A DNA stretch of 64,000 nt from Ruminococcus flavefaciens (GTDB taxonomy: Bacteria > Bacillota > Clostridia > Oscillospirales > Ruminococcaceae), in assembly GCA_002310115.1 (NCBI GenBank), contig DBYI01000102.1, positions 4,732-68,731 of the forward strand, given 5' to 3'. The first letter of the stretch is position 1, and every line of letters begins with the position of its first letter. The notes beneath the pieces were generated by a model. It had not been told where the DNA came from, did no database searches, and saw only the letters and a program-made list of their open reading frames with translations. Made by a program: the position numbers and the translations under genes. Shown here in pieces: positions 19,050 through 28,900 of this stretch.

Positions 19050-20255
19050 TTACTCCTCGCCTGCCTTGAAATTGTATATTGGTTTGATTACTTCGTTAAT
19101 TTCCACAGTATCTCCGATATTTCCGACTATATCCTCCATTGACTTATATGCCATCGGACACTCGTCCAACGTTTGTGCATTTACCGACGTAGTGTAAATA
19201 CCGTCCATCTGTTTCTTAAACTCCGACACAGTGAAGCTCTGCTTCGCTTGTGAACGGGACATCAGTCTGCCTGCACCATGAGGTGCAGAACAATTCCAGT
19301 CTGGATTACCCTTGCCTGTACAGATAAGGCTTCCATCACGCATATTAATAGGGATGAGAAGTTTTTCTCCTGCTTTTGCTGAAACCGCACCCTTACGAAG
19401 TATCATCGACTCTGTGTCAATATAGTTATGTATAGTCGTGAACTGCTCCACAACATGAACATGCATACCTTTGATGATCTCGTCCATCATCGCCTGACGG
19501 TTCACCATAGCAAACTGCTGAACTATCTTCATATCATGAATATACTGTTTAAAAAGTTCTCCCTCACAGTAAGCAAGATGCTTGGGTACATCCGTAGTTT
19601 TTGTGTTTTCTAGCTTTTTAAGCTCCGACTGTATCTGCTTCTGTTTCCCATCCGCCTTAAGACGTGCGATAAGCTCGTTAATTTCCTTGTCAGAGCTCTT
19701 GTTCAATCGTCTGTAAGCCTCATTCTGATAGTACTTTGCTACTTCTACTCCTAGATGACGTGAACCCGAGTGTATAACAATATAAATGCTTCCATCTTCT
19801 CCTTTATCAGCTTCAATAAAATGGTTTCCGCCACCCAGAGTACCTATACTCTTTTCCGCACGAAGCGGATCAATATGCTCTATACAGTAAAGCGCGGCCA
19901 TGTCTATCTTTTCGCAGTAGCGATGAGGAATATCACGGACCGAAAAACCCGAGGGGATTTTCTCATAAATGAGTTTGTCTAGCTTCTGTAGTTCAATGTG
20001 CTTTTCCTTGAGTATTACAGTCTCCATGCCACAGCCAATATCAACTCCCACAAGATTGGGTATGACCTTGTCCGTAATAGTCATTGTAGTGCCTATAGTA
20101 CAACCTGCGCCCGCGTGTACGTCTGGCATTATACGTATCTGAGATCCTTGACTCATAGGCTGGTTACAAAACGCGATTATCTGCGTAATAGCGTCCTGTT
20201 CGATAACATCAGTGAAAACCTTCACAGAATTATATTTTCCGTTGAGTTCTATCAT
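19050..20255 (-). CDS. rtcB: RtcB family RNA 3'-phosphate/5'-OH ligase
   Basis: MPDVHAG, VDIGCG, GGGNHF, HSGSR, HNY, RKGA, HGAGR all intact; start MIELNG at 20255 after GGAAAGGA. Confidence 0.95.
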   Translation of the reverse strand: MIELNGKYNSVKVFTDVIEQDAITQIIAFCNQPMSQGSQIRIMPDVHAGAGCTIGTTMTITDKVIPNLVGVDIGCGMETVILKEKHIELQKLDKLIYEKIPSGFSVRDIPHRYCEKIDMAALYCIEHIDPLRAEKSIGTLGGGNHFIEADKGEDGSIYIVIHSGSRHLGVEVAKYYQNEAYRRLNKSSDKEINELIARLKADGKQKQIQSELKKLENTKTTDVPKHLAYCEGELFKQYIHDMKIVQQFAMVNRQAMMDEIIKGMHVHVVEQFTTIHNYIDTESMILRKGAVSAKAGEKLLIPINMRDGSLICTGKGNPDWNCSAPHGAGRLMSRSQAKQSFTVSEFKKQMDGIYTTSVNAQTLDECPMAYKSMEDIVGNIGDTVEINEVIKPIYNFKAGEE

Positions 20256-20287
20256 ATTCTTTCCTTTCCGAAGCTGCCCGAGCGCAT

Positions 20288-20311
20288 AAAAAAACACTCC
20301 CGCAGGAGTGT
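20288..20311 (-). terminator. Attenuator terminator in the rtcB leader
   Basis: ACACTCC-TGCG-GGAGTGT followed by a T run, lying between the promoter and the rtcB start. Confidence 0.75.
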
Positions 20312-20335
20312 ATCATGTTCTATATACGCAAAAGC

Positions 20336-20428
20336 TCAGCACATGGCTGAACATTTCGGGTAAACTCCATGCTTATTCTTTTTGATGTTTAATTGTGTCA
20401 TTGTATAATATTGTTTAAACATTGTCAT
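20336..20428 (-). CDS. Putative leader peptide (30 aa) of the rtcB operon
   Basis: MTMFKQYYTMTQLNIKKNKHGVYPKCSAMC; SD-like GAAAGGACGGTGA upstream; sits between promoter and terminator. Confidence 0.55.
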   Translation of the reverse strand: MTMFKQYYTMTQLNIKKNKHGVYPKCSAMC

Positions 20429-20461
20429 GGCGTTCACCGTCCTTTCATATAATATGGGTTT

Positions 20462-20490
20462 ATTATAATCATGAACAGCTTCAAAGTCAA
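20462..20490 (-). promoter_or_regulatory. Sigma-A promoter of the rtcB leader
   Basis: TTGACT-17 bp-TATAAT on the minus strand. Confidence 0.8.
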
Positions 20491-20679
20491 GGCATATAAA
20501 AAAATGTAACCAAACTGTAATAATTAGCCGAAGAGGATAAAAAGATAACGTTCTATAGTCCACAAGTTCTTAAAACTGTTCATAAGGTTCATTTGAACTT
20601 ATAATATACGCATTTATTTCTGTGCATTATGCATAAAGGACACATCTCATTTATACGAGAGGTAAAATTTTGTCTGGTA

Positions 20680-20708
20680 TTGACATATAAATAGAAATAA
20701 TATATAAT
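20680..20708 (+). promoter_or_regulatory. Sigma-A promoter of the flotillin gene
   Basis: TTGACA-17 bp-TATAAT. Confidence 0.8.
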
Positions 20709-20788
20709 AATATCATGCAGTTGAAACACGTCAGCTGCAATAAATTGGTGCTCCGCATAAGCACATTTTCTATGATATGGAGGTTTAT

Positions 20789-22402
20789 ATGTTCAACAAG
20801 ATCAATCTTATGGCTCTCTCTTTTGAGGACCTCAACTGGGGCGTCATCATTCCCGCCGGAATAGGCATTATTATCTTTTTAATAATCATTTTCTCAGGCT
20901 ATATCAAAGCTCCACCGGATACTGCATACATAATCTCGGGTTTGAGAAAGAAAATAATCATAGGTAAAGCAAGCATACGCATACCTTTCTTTGAGCGTGT
21001 AGATAAGCTGAAATTACAGCTTATTGCCGTTGACGTAAAGACTTCAAGCGCCGTACCTACTGCAGACTACATCAACATCAATGTTGATGCAAACGTTAAC
21101 GTTAAAGTCAGCAGTGATCCCGCGCTTATTAAGCTCGGTGCTGAAAACTTCCTTAACAAGGATACCGCTTATGTAGCTAAAGTCGCAAGAGAGGTTCTTG
21201 AAGGTAATATGCGTGAGATTGTTGGTCAGATGTCACTTGAGGCTATGGTTAACGATCGTAAGGCATTCGCTGAAAAGGTTCAAGAAAACGCTGCTCCAGA
21301 CCTGAACAGAATGGGACTGGAGATAGTTTCATTCAATGTTCAGAACTTCACAGACGATCAGAACCTTATTGAAAATCTTGGTATCGATAATACCACTAAG
21401 ATTCAGAAGAAAGCTGCTATCGCACGAGCTGAGTCCGAAAAAGAAATCGAGATTGCCAAGGCACAGGCTAAGAAGGAAGCTAACGACGCCAAGATCCTTG
21501 CAGAAACCGAGATTGCTCAGAAAAACAACGAGCTCGCTATCCGTCAGGCTGAACTGAAAAAGGAAGCCGACACACAGCTCGCTATTGCAGACGCTGCATA
21601 TGAAATTCAGAAGGAAGAGCAGCGTAAATCTATCGAAGTTTCAAAAGCTAATGCTAACATTGCTGCTTCTGAAAAAGACGTTGAGCTCAAGGCTCGCGAG
21701 GCAGAGGTTACTGAAAAGGCACTTGAAGCTCAGATCAAGAAAAAGGCTGAAGCTGATCGCTACAAGGCACAGCAGGAAGCCGATGCAAAACTATATCAGT
21801 TGAAGAAAGAAGCTGAGGCTGATCGTTTCCAGAGAGAGCAAGAGGCCGAAGCTAGAAAGGCTGAGGCTGAAGCTCAGAAATTCGCAAAAATGCAGGAAGC
21901 TGAAGGTATCGCTGCTGTAGGTAAGGCAGAGGCGGATGCTATCCGTGCCAAGGGTCTTGCTGAGGCTGAGGGTATCAACGCTAAGGCTGAGGCTATGAAA
22001 AAATACGGAGAGGCTGCTGTACTTGAGATGTACTTCAAGGCACTGCCTGAGGTCGTAAAGAACGCCGCTACTCCTCTTGCCAATGTTGACAAGATCACAA
22101 TGTATGGCGACGGCAATTCAAGCAAACTTGTAGGCGATATAATCGGCTCTACCACTAAGGTCACCGACGGTCTTACCGCTGCAACAGGCGTTGACATCAG
22201 AGCTCTGCTTGCTAACTTCCTCGGTGGAAAGACTGCTGCTCCTAACACTTCAAATGAATCAACTGTTGATGACACATCTGTTTATGATACAGACTCGAAG
22301 GATACAGACTACACAGAATACGAATACACTCCAAATGATTCGGACCACTATACAGATACTAACACAGATACTAATTCTGATCCTGACATGCCTGAAGTGT
22401 AA
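20789..22402 (+). CDS. Flotillin-like SPFH/band 7 protein
   Basis: N-terminal TM, SPFH (EVLEGNMREIVGQM, DL.RMGLEI.SFN), Ala/Glu coiled-coil flotillin repeats, acidic tail; start after GGAGG. Confidence 0.9.
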   Translation: MFNKINLMALSFEDLNWGVIIPAGIGIIIFLIIIFSGYIKAPPDTAYIISGLRKKIIIGKASIRIPFFERVDKLKLQLIAVDVKTSSAVPTADYININVDANVNVKVSSDPALIKLGAENFLNKDTAYVAKVAREVLEGNMREIVGQMSLEAMVNDRKAFAEKVQENAAPDLNRMGLEIVSFNVQNFTDDQNLIENLGIDNTTKIQKKAAIARAESEKEIEIAKAQAKKEANDAKILAETEIAQKNNELAIRQAELKKEADTQLAIADAAYEIQKEEQRKSIEVSKANANIAASEKDVELKAREAEVTEKALEAQIKKKAEADRYKAQQEADAKLYQLKKEAEADRFQREQEAEARKAEAEAQKFAKMQEAEGIAAVGKAEADAIRAKGLAEAEGINAKAEAMKKYGEAAVLEMYFKALPEVVKNAATPLANVDKITMYGDGNSSKLVGDIIGSTTKVTDGLTAATGVDIRALLANFLGGKTAAPNTSNESTVDDTSVYDTDSKDTDYTEYEYTPNDSDHYTDTNTDTNSDPDMPEV

Positions 22403-22423
22403 TATTATTTGCATAAAACATCA

Positions 22424-22459
22424 TCCCCTGACGATATGCGGTCGTCAGGGGACTTTTGT
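22424..22459 (+). terminator. Intrinsic terminator
   Basis: TCCCCTGACGA/TCGTCAGGGGA stem plus TTTTG. Confidence 0.75.
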
Positions 22460-22693
22460 CGTTTTGCTGTAATATTACTGCAATAACTCTGTAATTTTCT
22501 AATTCTTTCCACTTCCATATTGAGCAAATTTTGGTTAGTCTATTTGTATAGTTTTCACAAAGTTGTACAAAAAGCATTTACAAAAGACGAAATATAGGTT
22601 ATAATGATAATAACATCAAATTGTAATTCAGTCTCAAAGATAGCAATTTTTGGTCAAATCCTCTGATGCAAGGCTCAGAGGGGGGGTATTATA

Positions 22694-23554
22694 ATGATTA
22701 AACATCTTTCGGGTGAATTCGAAACTGTTGAGTATGACACTCAAAAATATGCAATGCTGTACGATAATGTTCAGACTGAGGAATATCCCGTACACTGGCA
22801 TAATGCAGTCGAGCTTATCATGCCTATGAAAAATGAATATACAGTCACAGTCAACGGAACAGATTATTACATTCCCGAAAATGATGTTCTTATCGTTCCA
22901 CCCTGCGAACTTCACAGTATGCCCGCTATCCCAGGACGGCGTATCATTTTTCAGTGCGATAACAGTATCCTTGGCGAGATTACAGCACTTGAGCCTGTAA
23001 TGCGTTCGCTCAACTCGCCTGTTCTCATATGCGCAGATATGGATAAGGAGCTACATGTGCTCGCCAAAAAGACCATGCTGGATATACTTTCACTGTACAA
23101 TTCAAAATCGGAGCTTGCAGACGTCAAGATATATGTCAAGGTCATTGAGCTCTTCATGGCTCTCCGCGAATACCAGCTTGAACAGCAGAAGATCGTTATG
23201 GACTGCGACGATGAGAAGATCGACGAATACAGTGAGAAGTTCGGAACCGTCCTCAAGTATATCGACAATAACTATATGTACGATATCACTCTTGAACAGC
23301 TTGCCGACGTTGCAGGCTACAGCAAATACCATTTCTCGCGTATCTTCAAGCAGTACAACGCTATGTCCTATCTGCAGTATATAAACGCAAGGCGTACCAA
23401 GGCGGCAGAGCTTCTTCTGCTCGACCCAAGCGTTCCTATTACGGAAGTTGCGATGCGCTCGGGCTTCAAGAGCCTGACCACCTTCAACCGTATCTTCAAG
23501 GAGATAAAGCACTGCACGCCTACGGACTTCAAAAAGCTGTATGCACTAAGGTAA
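22694..23554 (+). CDS. AraC family transcriptional regulator
   Basis: N-terminal cupin HWH..VE; C-terminal double HTH (LA..AGYSKYHFSRIFK, VAMRSGFKSLTTFNRIFK). Confidence 0.93.
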   Translation: MIKHLSGEFETVEYDTQKYAMLYDNVQTEEYPVHWHNAVELIMPMKNEYTVTVNGTDYYIPENDVLIVPPCELHSMPAIPGRRIIFQCDNSILGEITALEPVMRSLNSPVLICADMDKELHVLAKKTMLDILSLYNSKSELADVKIYVKVIELFMALREYQLEQQKIVMDCDDEKIDEYSEKFGTVLKYIDNNYMYDITLEQLADVAGYSKYHFSRIFKQYNAMSYLQYINARRTKAAELLLLDPSVPITEVAMRSGFKSLTTFNRIFKEIKHCTPTDFKKLYALR

Positions 23555-23627
23555 AAGCAGACCGCACATCTTATGATGTGCGGTTTTTTTATTTATCCTT
23601 CTGTTGTTCTTATCTGTCACAGGAATA

Positions 23628-25283
23628 TCAGTCTACTTTGTTGATATTTATCTCTGCAAATTCAGGAAGCTCAACGCCAATATCATCTTTAAGCACGGAT
23701 TCAAGCTTTGTCATGTCTATCTGATAGCTTTCATCGCCTGTAGACTGCCACTCACCGTTTTCATCTGCAACATACATACGGCGTTCTACAAAACCATCCA
23801 TGTAGATATAGTAAGTCTCTCTGCGCTTTTTATTGCCGTCAGACTTGAAGTAATATTCAACATAATACTTCCGTCCGCCAACTATATCATCAGATAAAGT
23901 GGGTTCAAGCATTTTTATAAAGTCATTTTTCAGAAAAGCATCCAATTTTGCCATGCTTTCTTCATTTGTGGAAGTAAGTTTCTCATGATCGCCATAAAAC
24001 AACTCGGCGCTCTCGATTTCTTCTGTGGGGGCTTCGGCTTGGTAATGTGCAATAGCTCTCAGATTTGTATTCTCACCAAGCTTATAATATCTGATATTTT
24101 TATTGGAATCTGACATACCCGAATGATTTATTTCTATACGGATAATATCATAGTTTTTATCAAGATATTCGTCGTCAATAACATATCCAACACGGAAAGT
24201 CTTTGTTTCTCCTGCCTTAAAGTCTGTTTTGAAGAAATCACCTGCATATATTGAACGCTCTCCATTAAAGGTATACGCTGTCGCTTCCATTGATGTTTTA
24301 AAATCCAATTCTTCTGCATTATAATTATACAGATCGATGCGTGTCGAATTCATATATAATGACCTATCTTCAAAAGATTTGTTGGTCACTTCCATATCAG
24401 CAATGATGTATGAGCTGTCACAGGTAAGGTTTCCGTTTTCGTCACAGGAATAATGCCCCTCGGGCAGAACATCCATGCCCTTTCCGTCTTTTGTGAGCTT
24501 GACTGTTTTTATAAGGTATTCCCAGTTTTCAGTCACGCAGATCTCGCCGAGCTTGACAGTATTTTCCTTTTCTCTGTCCCTCTCAGCCCGAGTGATATCC
24601 TTTTCCTGTCCGATTATTTCCTTTATACCTCTGTCAAAGGCGTCAAAGTCTACCTTATACCACTTACTGTTCTCGGTGAGAGGCATCTGACCACCTGTCT
24701 CAAAGCTCATCATACTCTCCTGATAGGACACATAGCCGTCGTTTGCAATGTGAAGATCACACTCTATCGGCGGAGTATTGCCTCTTGTCCACTTTATATC
24801 GTACATCGGCTCCTCAACATCTGCATCAATGTCTCTGCCCTCAGGTTTCTCTGCAGGTTCGCCCCAGTTGAACTTATTGAGAAACTCAGAGAGCCTTGCG
24901 TAGGTCTCGGCTGAGTATTTGCCGTATTTTCCGTCGCCTGCATCAAAGCTGTACTCGAATGTACTGAAATCACCGAATGGGTTATTAGTTTCGCCAACTA
25001 TCTCGCTTCCCGCCATTTTGTTGCTCTGCTTGTGGAGCAGAACGCCCGTAGTTCCGATACCAGCCATAAGCACGGCACAAGCAGCTATAGCTCCGACTGT
25101 GCGTATTATGCGTTTTCTCGAGGTTATACGCTCCGTACCGCTTACGACCTCTGTATATCCGTCGTCGCTATCGACGTGAGTGAGTCTGTTTTTCTCCGCA
25201 GTCTCACAAGCTTTGATTATACGTTCTTTCATATCATTGGGCATTGTTATTTTGCCGCCCGCTTTTTTCAGCTTTTTATCCAT
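23628..25283 (-). CDS. Putative anti-sigma factor (single TM, large extracytoplasmic region)
   Basis: Starts 2 nt downstream of the ECF sigma stop; cytoplasmic N-terminus, TM helix AIAACAVLMAGIG, multi-domain C-terminus. Confidence 0.65.
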   Translation of the reverse strand: MDKKLKKAGGKITMPNDMKERIIKACETAEKNRLTHVDSDDGYTEVVSGTERITSRKRIIRTVGAIAACAVLMAGIGTTGVLLHKQSNKMAGSEIVGETNNPFGDFSTFEYSFDAGDGKYGKYSAETYARLSEFLNKFNWGEPAEKPEGRDIDADVEEPMYDIKWTRGNTPPIECDLHIANDGYVSYQESMMSFETGGQMPLTENSKWYKVDFDAFDRGIKEIIGQEKDITRAERDREKENTVKLGEICVTENWEYLIKTVKLTKDGKGMDVLPEGHYSCDENGNLTCDSSYIIADMEVTNKSFEDRSLYMNSTRIDLYNYNAEELDFKTSMEATAYTFNGERSIYAGDFFKTDFKAGETKTFRVGYVIDDEYLDKNYDIIRIEINHSGMSDSNKNIRYYKLGENTNLRAIAHYQAEAPTEEIESAELFYGDHEKLTSTNEESMAKLDAFLKNDFIKMLEPTLSDDIVGGRKYYVEYYFKSDGNKKRRETYYIYMDGFVERRMYVADENGEWQSTGDESYQIDMTKLESVLKDDIGVELPEFAEININKVD

Positions 25284-25284
25284 A

Positions 25285-25758
25285 CTACATATACTCCTTT
25301 CTGTATTTTTCCTCCAGCAGTTTTCTGCCCCTTGACAAGCGCATTTTTACTGCTGAAGCTCCTATGCCGACTATCTCCGATATTTCGTCCACTTTGTATT
25401 CCTCTATGTAAAATAGCGCAAGGATTATCCTGTACTTCTCGGGAAGCTCCATGAGCGCTTCCAGTATTCCACTGTCCTCTTTTGAAACAGCATACCCGTA
25501 AAGCAGTTCCTCGCTCTCTGTTAAATGGCTTGTACGATATCGGAGCATATCGCGGCATTTGTTAGCCGCTACAGTGATGAGCCATGCTTTTTCATGCTCG
25601 CTGTCGGCAAAATCAGGTGCTTTTGTTACAAATTTTATAAATGTATCCTGCACAGCGTCCTCTGCATCAGCCGTATTTTTCAGCATAAGCAGGCAAATTC
25701 TGTACAGCATATCTCCGTATTTCTCGACCGCCTCGCGAGCGCAGCCGTCTTTCAGCAT
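25285..25758 (-). CDS. ECF sigma-70 factor
   Basis: DAEDAVQDTF, AWL..VA.N.C.D region 2; L..LPEKYR...EISEIVG....VKMRLSRGR region 4; start after GAAAGGAG. Confidence 0.93.
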   Translation of the reverse strand: MLKDGCAREAVEKYGDMLYRICLLMLKNTADAEDAVQDTFIKFVTKAPDFADSEHEKAWLITVAANKCRDMLRYRTSHLTESEELLYGYAVSKEDSGILEALMELPEKYRIILALFYIEEYKVDEISEIVGIGASAVKMRLSRGRKLLEEKYRKEYM

Positions 25759-25983
25759 CGTATCATCAACTCCTTTCACTGTAAACACGAATGAGTTTGC
25801 AGTATGGTCACAAATATTATAACATTTTTTGCAAAAAAGTCAAAAAGTGTGAAAAAATGAAAAGACAGCCGATTTGCACCGACTGCCTTTCAGGGGATAT
25901 TAAAATTTGGAGAAATCTTAATTAAGGTGCCGACCACCGATTCTGTGATCGGCACGTAATGTTTTAAATACTTTCGTATTTGA

Positions 25984-28900
25984 TTAAGCTCTTGTGTGAA
26001 CCTGACCACCAGCAAGTGTCTTGCCGTGTGCCTTAGCCATATCAGAAATGTTTACGTTCTGGTAACCATTCTGTGCGAGCCAAGGAAGAACTTCTTCCAT
26101 AGCTGCTGCTGTCGTAGCATAGTTCTCGTGACAAAGTACGATAGCACCCTCCAGTGAACCATTCTGAGCAGCCGACTTGATCTTGTTTACGATAGCATCC
26201 TTAGAAGCGTTGTTCCAGTCCTCTGTATCAATTGCACAGCTGATAAGCGGAATATCATAGAGTGCAGACTGAACTGTACCGTTGCTCTCAAGATAAGGTA
26301 ATCTCATAAGATGTGAAGGCTCAGTGCCGATAATACCCTTGAGCTTGCTGTTGCACTGCTCCCACTCACTTCTGATCTGTGATGATCCCATAGAACCGAG
26401 GTGTGGATGTGTCTGAGTATGGTTAGCAACTTCCATACCATTCTCAAACTCGTATGTGATCTGCTGATTTGTCTTGATCCAGCTGCCTACATTGAAGAAT
26501 GTAGCTGTCATGTTGTTCTTAATAAGAGCGTTTATGATTCTGTAACCAGGATCAGATGTGCTCTGAGCACTTGCACCATCATCGAATGAGATAGCACAGA
26601 GCTTTTTACCAGACTGAATCTCAGTGCTGCCACCTGTTGAAGCCTTAGGAGCCTCGCCAACAACACCCTTGCCTGTAACTACTGATGACTCAACGCCCTC
26701 AGTACCAGCAACAACTTCGTCAACATAGAAGTTCATAAGATCGCCTGAATCCTGAATTGTCTCAATATAAAGGATCATATCGCCTGAATTTTCAGGAATT
26801 GTGAATGATGTATTCTCAAGCTTTGTCCACTCGCCGCTCTTACAGTCAGCCTTAGCAACGCTTGTGTATGTTGCGCTGTCGCCTTCGCCCTGCTGGAGTG
26901 ACATCTGAAGTGTAGCTGTGTTTCCTGACTGCTGGAGAACTGCAGCGCTAAAGCTGTATGTCTCACCAGCCTTGAAATCAGAACCTAGGCTGTAAGCAGC
27001 ACCATTCCACTCCTGTGATCTGCCTGATACATAGAGTGACTTGCCAGAGTAGTAGCTGTCTGAGCTTACTTCTACAGAAGCGCCGCCTCTGCCTTCCCAG
27101 CTGTCAGAGCTGGAATCAAATGAACTCTTGAAAATTGTCTTTGCAGCTGCCTTAGTTGTAGTTGTAGTAACTACTTCAGGAGCACTAGTTGTTGTTGTTT
27201 GTGGCTTTGGAGCCTCTGTAACAACAGTATTAATGCTATCTGCATAGCTCTCAGGAAGCGTCTTGATAGAACCGAGGAGATACTTCTGAATTGTATATGC
27301 ATCGTTTGATGTGATACCTGAACCTGCCTCGTAAACATCTGCGTTATATTTACCCTGGTCTGTAAGGCTATACTTATTCGGGTTAGCAAGTGACTGCATG
27401 ATGATTACTGCATCTGCCATATCTATGCCATTATCGCAGTTACCATCACCCCATCTTGAAACCTTAGCATTAAGAGCTTCCTTAGGATCTACAGTTGTAG
27501 TAGTTGTTGTAGTTGTAGTAGTAGTAGTAGTAGTAGTAGTTGTTGTTGTTGTAGTAGTTGTAGTTGTTGTAGTTGCATCTGGAGCTGGGATCTTGCTTGC
27601 AAGAGCTATAATATCATTATAGAATGATTTAGGCTGATAGTTGTTGAACGGAAGCGGTGAGCCGCCGTTTTCACGATATCTCCAGCTTCTCTCATCTGTT
27701 GTACCCCAGAGAGTTACAGTTGAGATATTTGCTGCGTGCTTCATAGCAACCTCAAAAATCTGAGGATAAAGCTTGTCGTTAGAACCTGTACTGTTTGTGA
27801 TATCGAGCTCAGTGATCTGAACATCAAGTCCGAGTGACTCGAATGCCTTGATAGCTGTCTCGAATTCGCTAGCTGATGGATACTTGGAATCAAGGTGAGC
27901 CTGCATACCGATACCATCGATATAGTCGCCCTCCTTCATGACCGTCTTAGCCATGTTTACAAGATCCTGTGTCTTAGCGCTCATGTACTCGTTATAATCA
28001 TTGAGATAAAGCTTACAATCCTTAGGAGCATACTGTCTTGCATACTTGAATGCATTTACAACGAACTCAGAGTTGCCTTCACCGTATACTTTTACCCAGT
28101 TGGAATTGTAACCTGGTCTCATTCCACCACCGTCGTTAACGAAAAGCTCGTTACATACGTCATATGAGTGGAGGTTAAGATTTGGGAACTGTGACTTGAT
28201 AGCACTGAAAGTATTCTTGATCATGCTCTCAAGACGCTTGTTCATTCTATCCTTGGATACATAGCTGCCGTACTCCTGGAACAGAGACGAAGGAGTCTGG
28301 CTGTACCATACGAATGTATGGCCACGAACACCAATTCCATTCTGCTCAGCAAATTTGAGTATGCCGCTAGCATTATTAAGGCTGATATTTACATTATCGC
28401 CATTTACACCTGCAACGATTGAATCAGGCTTCATCTCATTTTCACAAGTTACAGAATTGTAGTTCTTCTTGATAAACTGCTGAGCCTGTGAGTTACCGAT
28501 CTCATTGCCACTTACGGATGTACCAAGGCGGAAGTACGGTCCCATAACATCCTTGAAGCCGGTGCCGCCCTTTTCGTACTTATAGTTAAGATTCTGGTGA
28601 GCTTTAACGCCTTCAGAGCCGCCTGAAACTTCAACAGTCTCGGTATCATTGTTTCCCTGATTCTGCTGTTCCTGACCCTGCTGATTACCCCAAGGCCAAC
28701 CCTGATTCTGATTCTGATTCTGATTCTGATTCTGCTGCTGATCATCGGAAGCGTTTGTAGTAACAGTTACGCTCTTAACGTTAGCAGAACCATTTGATCT
28801 ATATCCCTCGATGTTGAGAGATACTTCGTAAAGAGTACCTGACATATCAAGTCCTGCATTTGACCATGCATCAAAATGCTTAGATACATCAATAGTGCCC

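Noticed and set aside
20429..20563. Longer 75-aa version of the rtcB leader ORF
   Set aside because: Its start lies upstream of the predicted promoter; only the part from ATG 20428 would be transcribed
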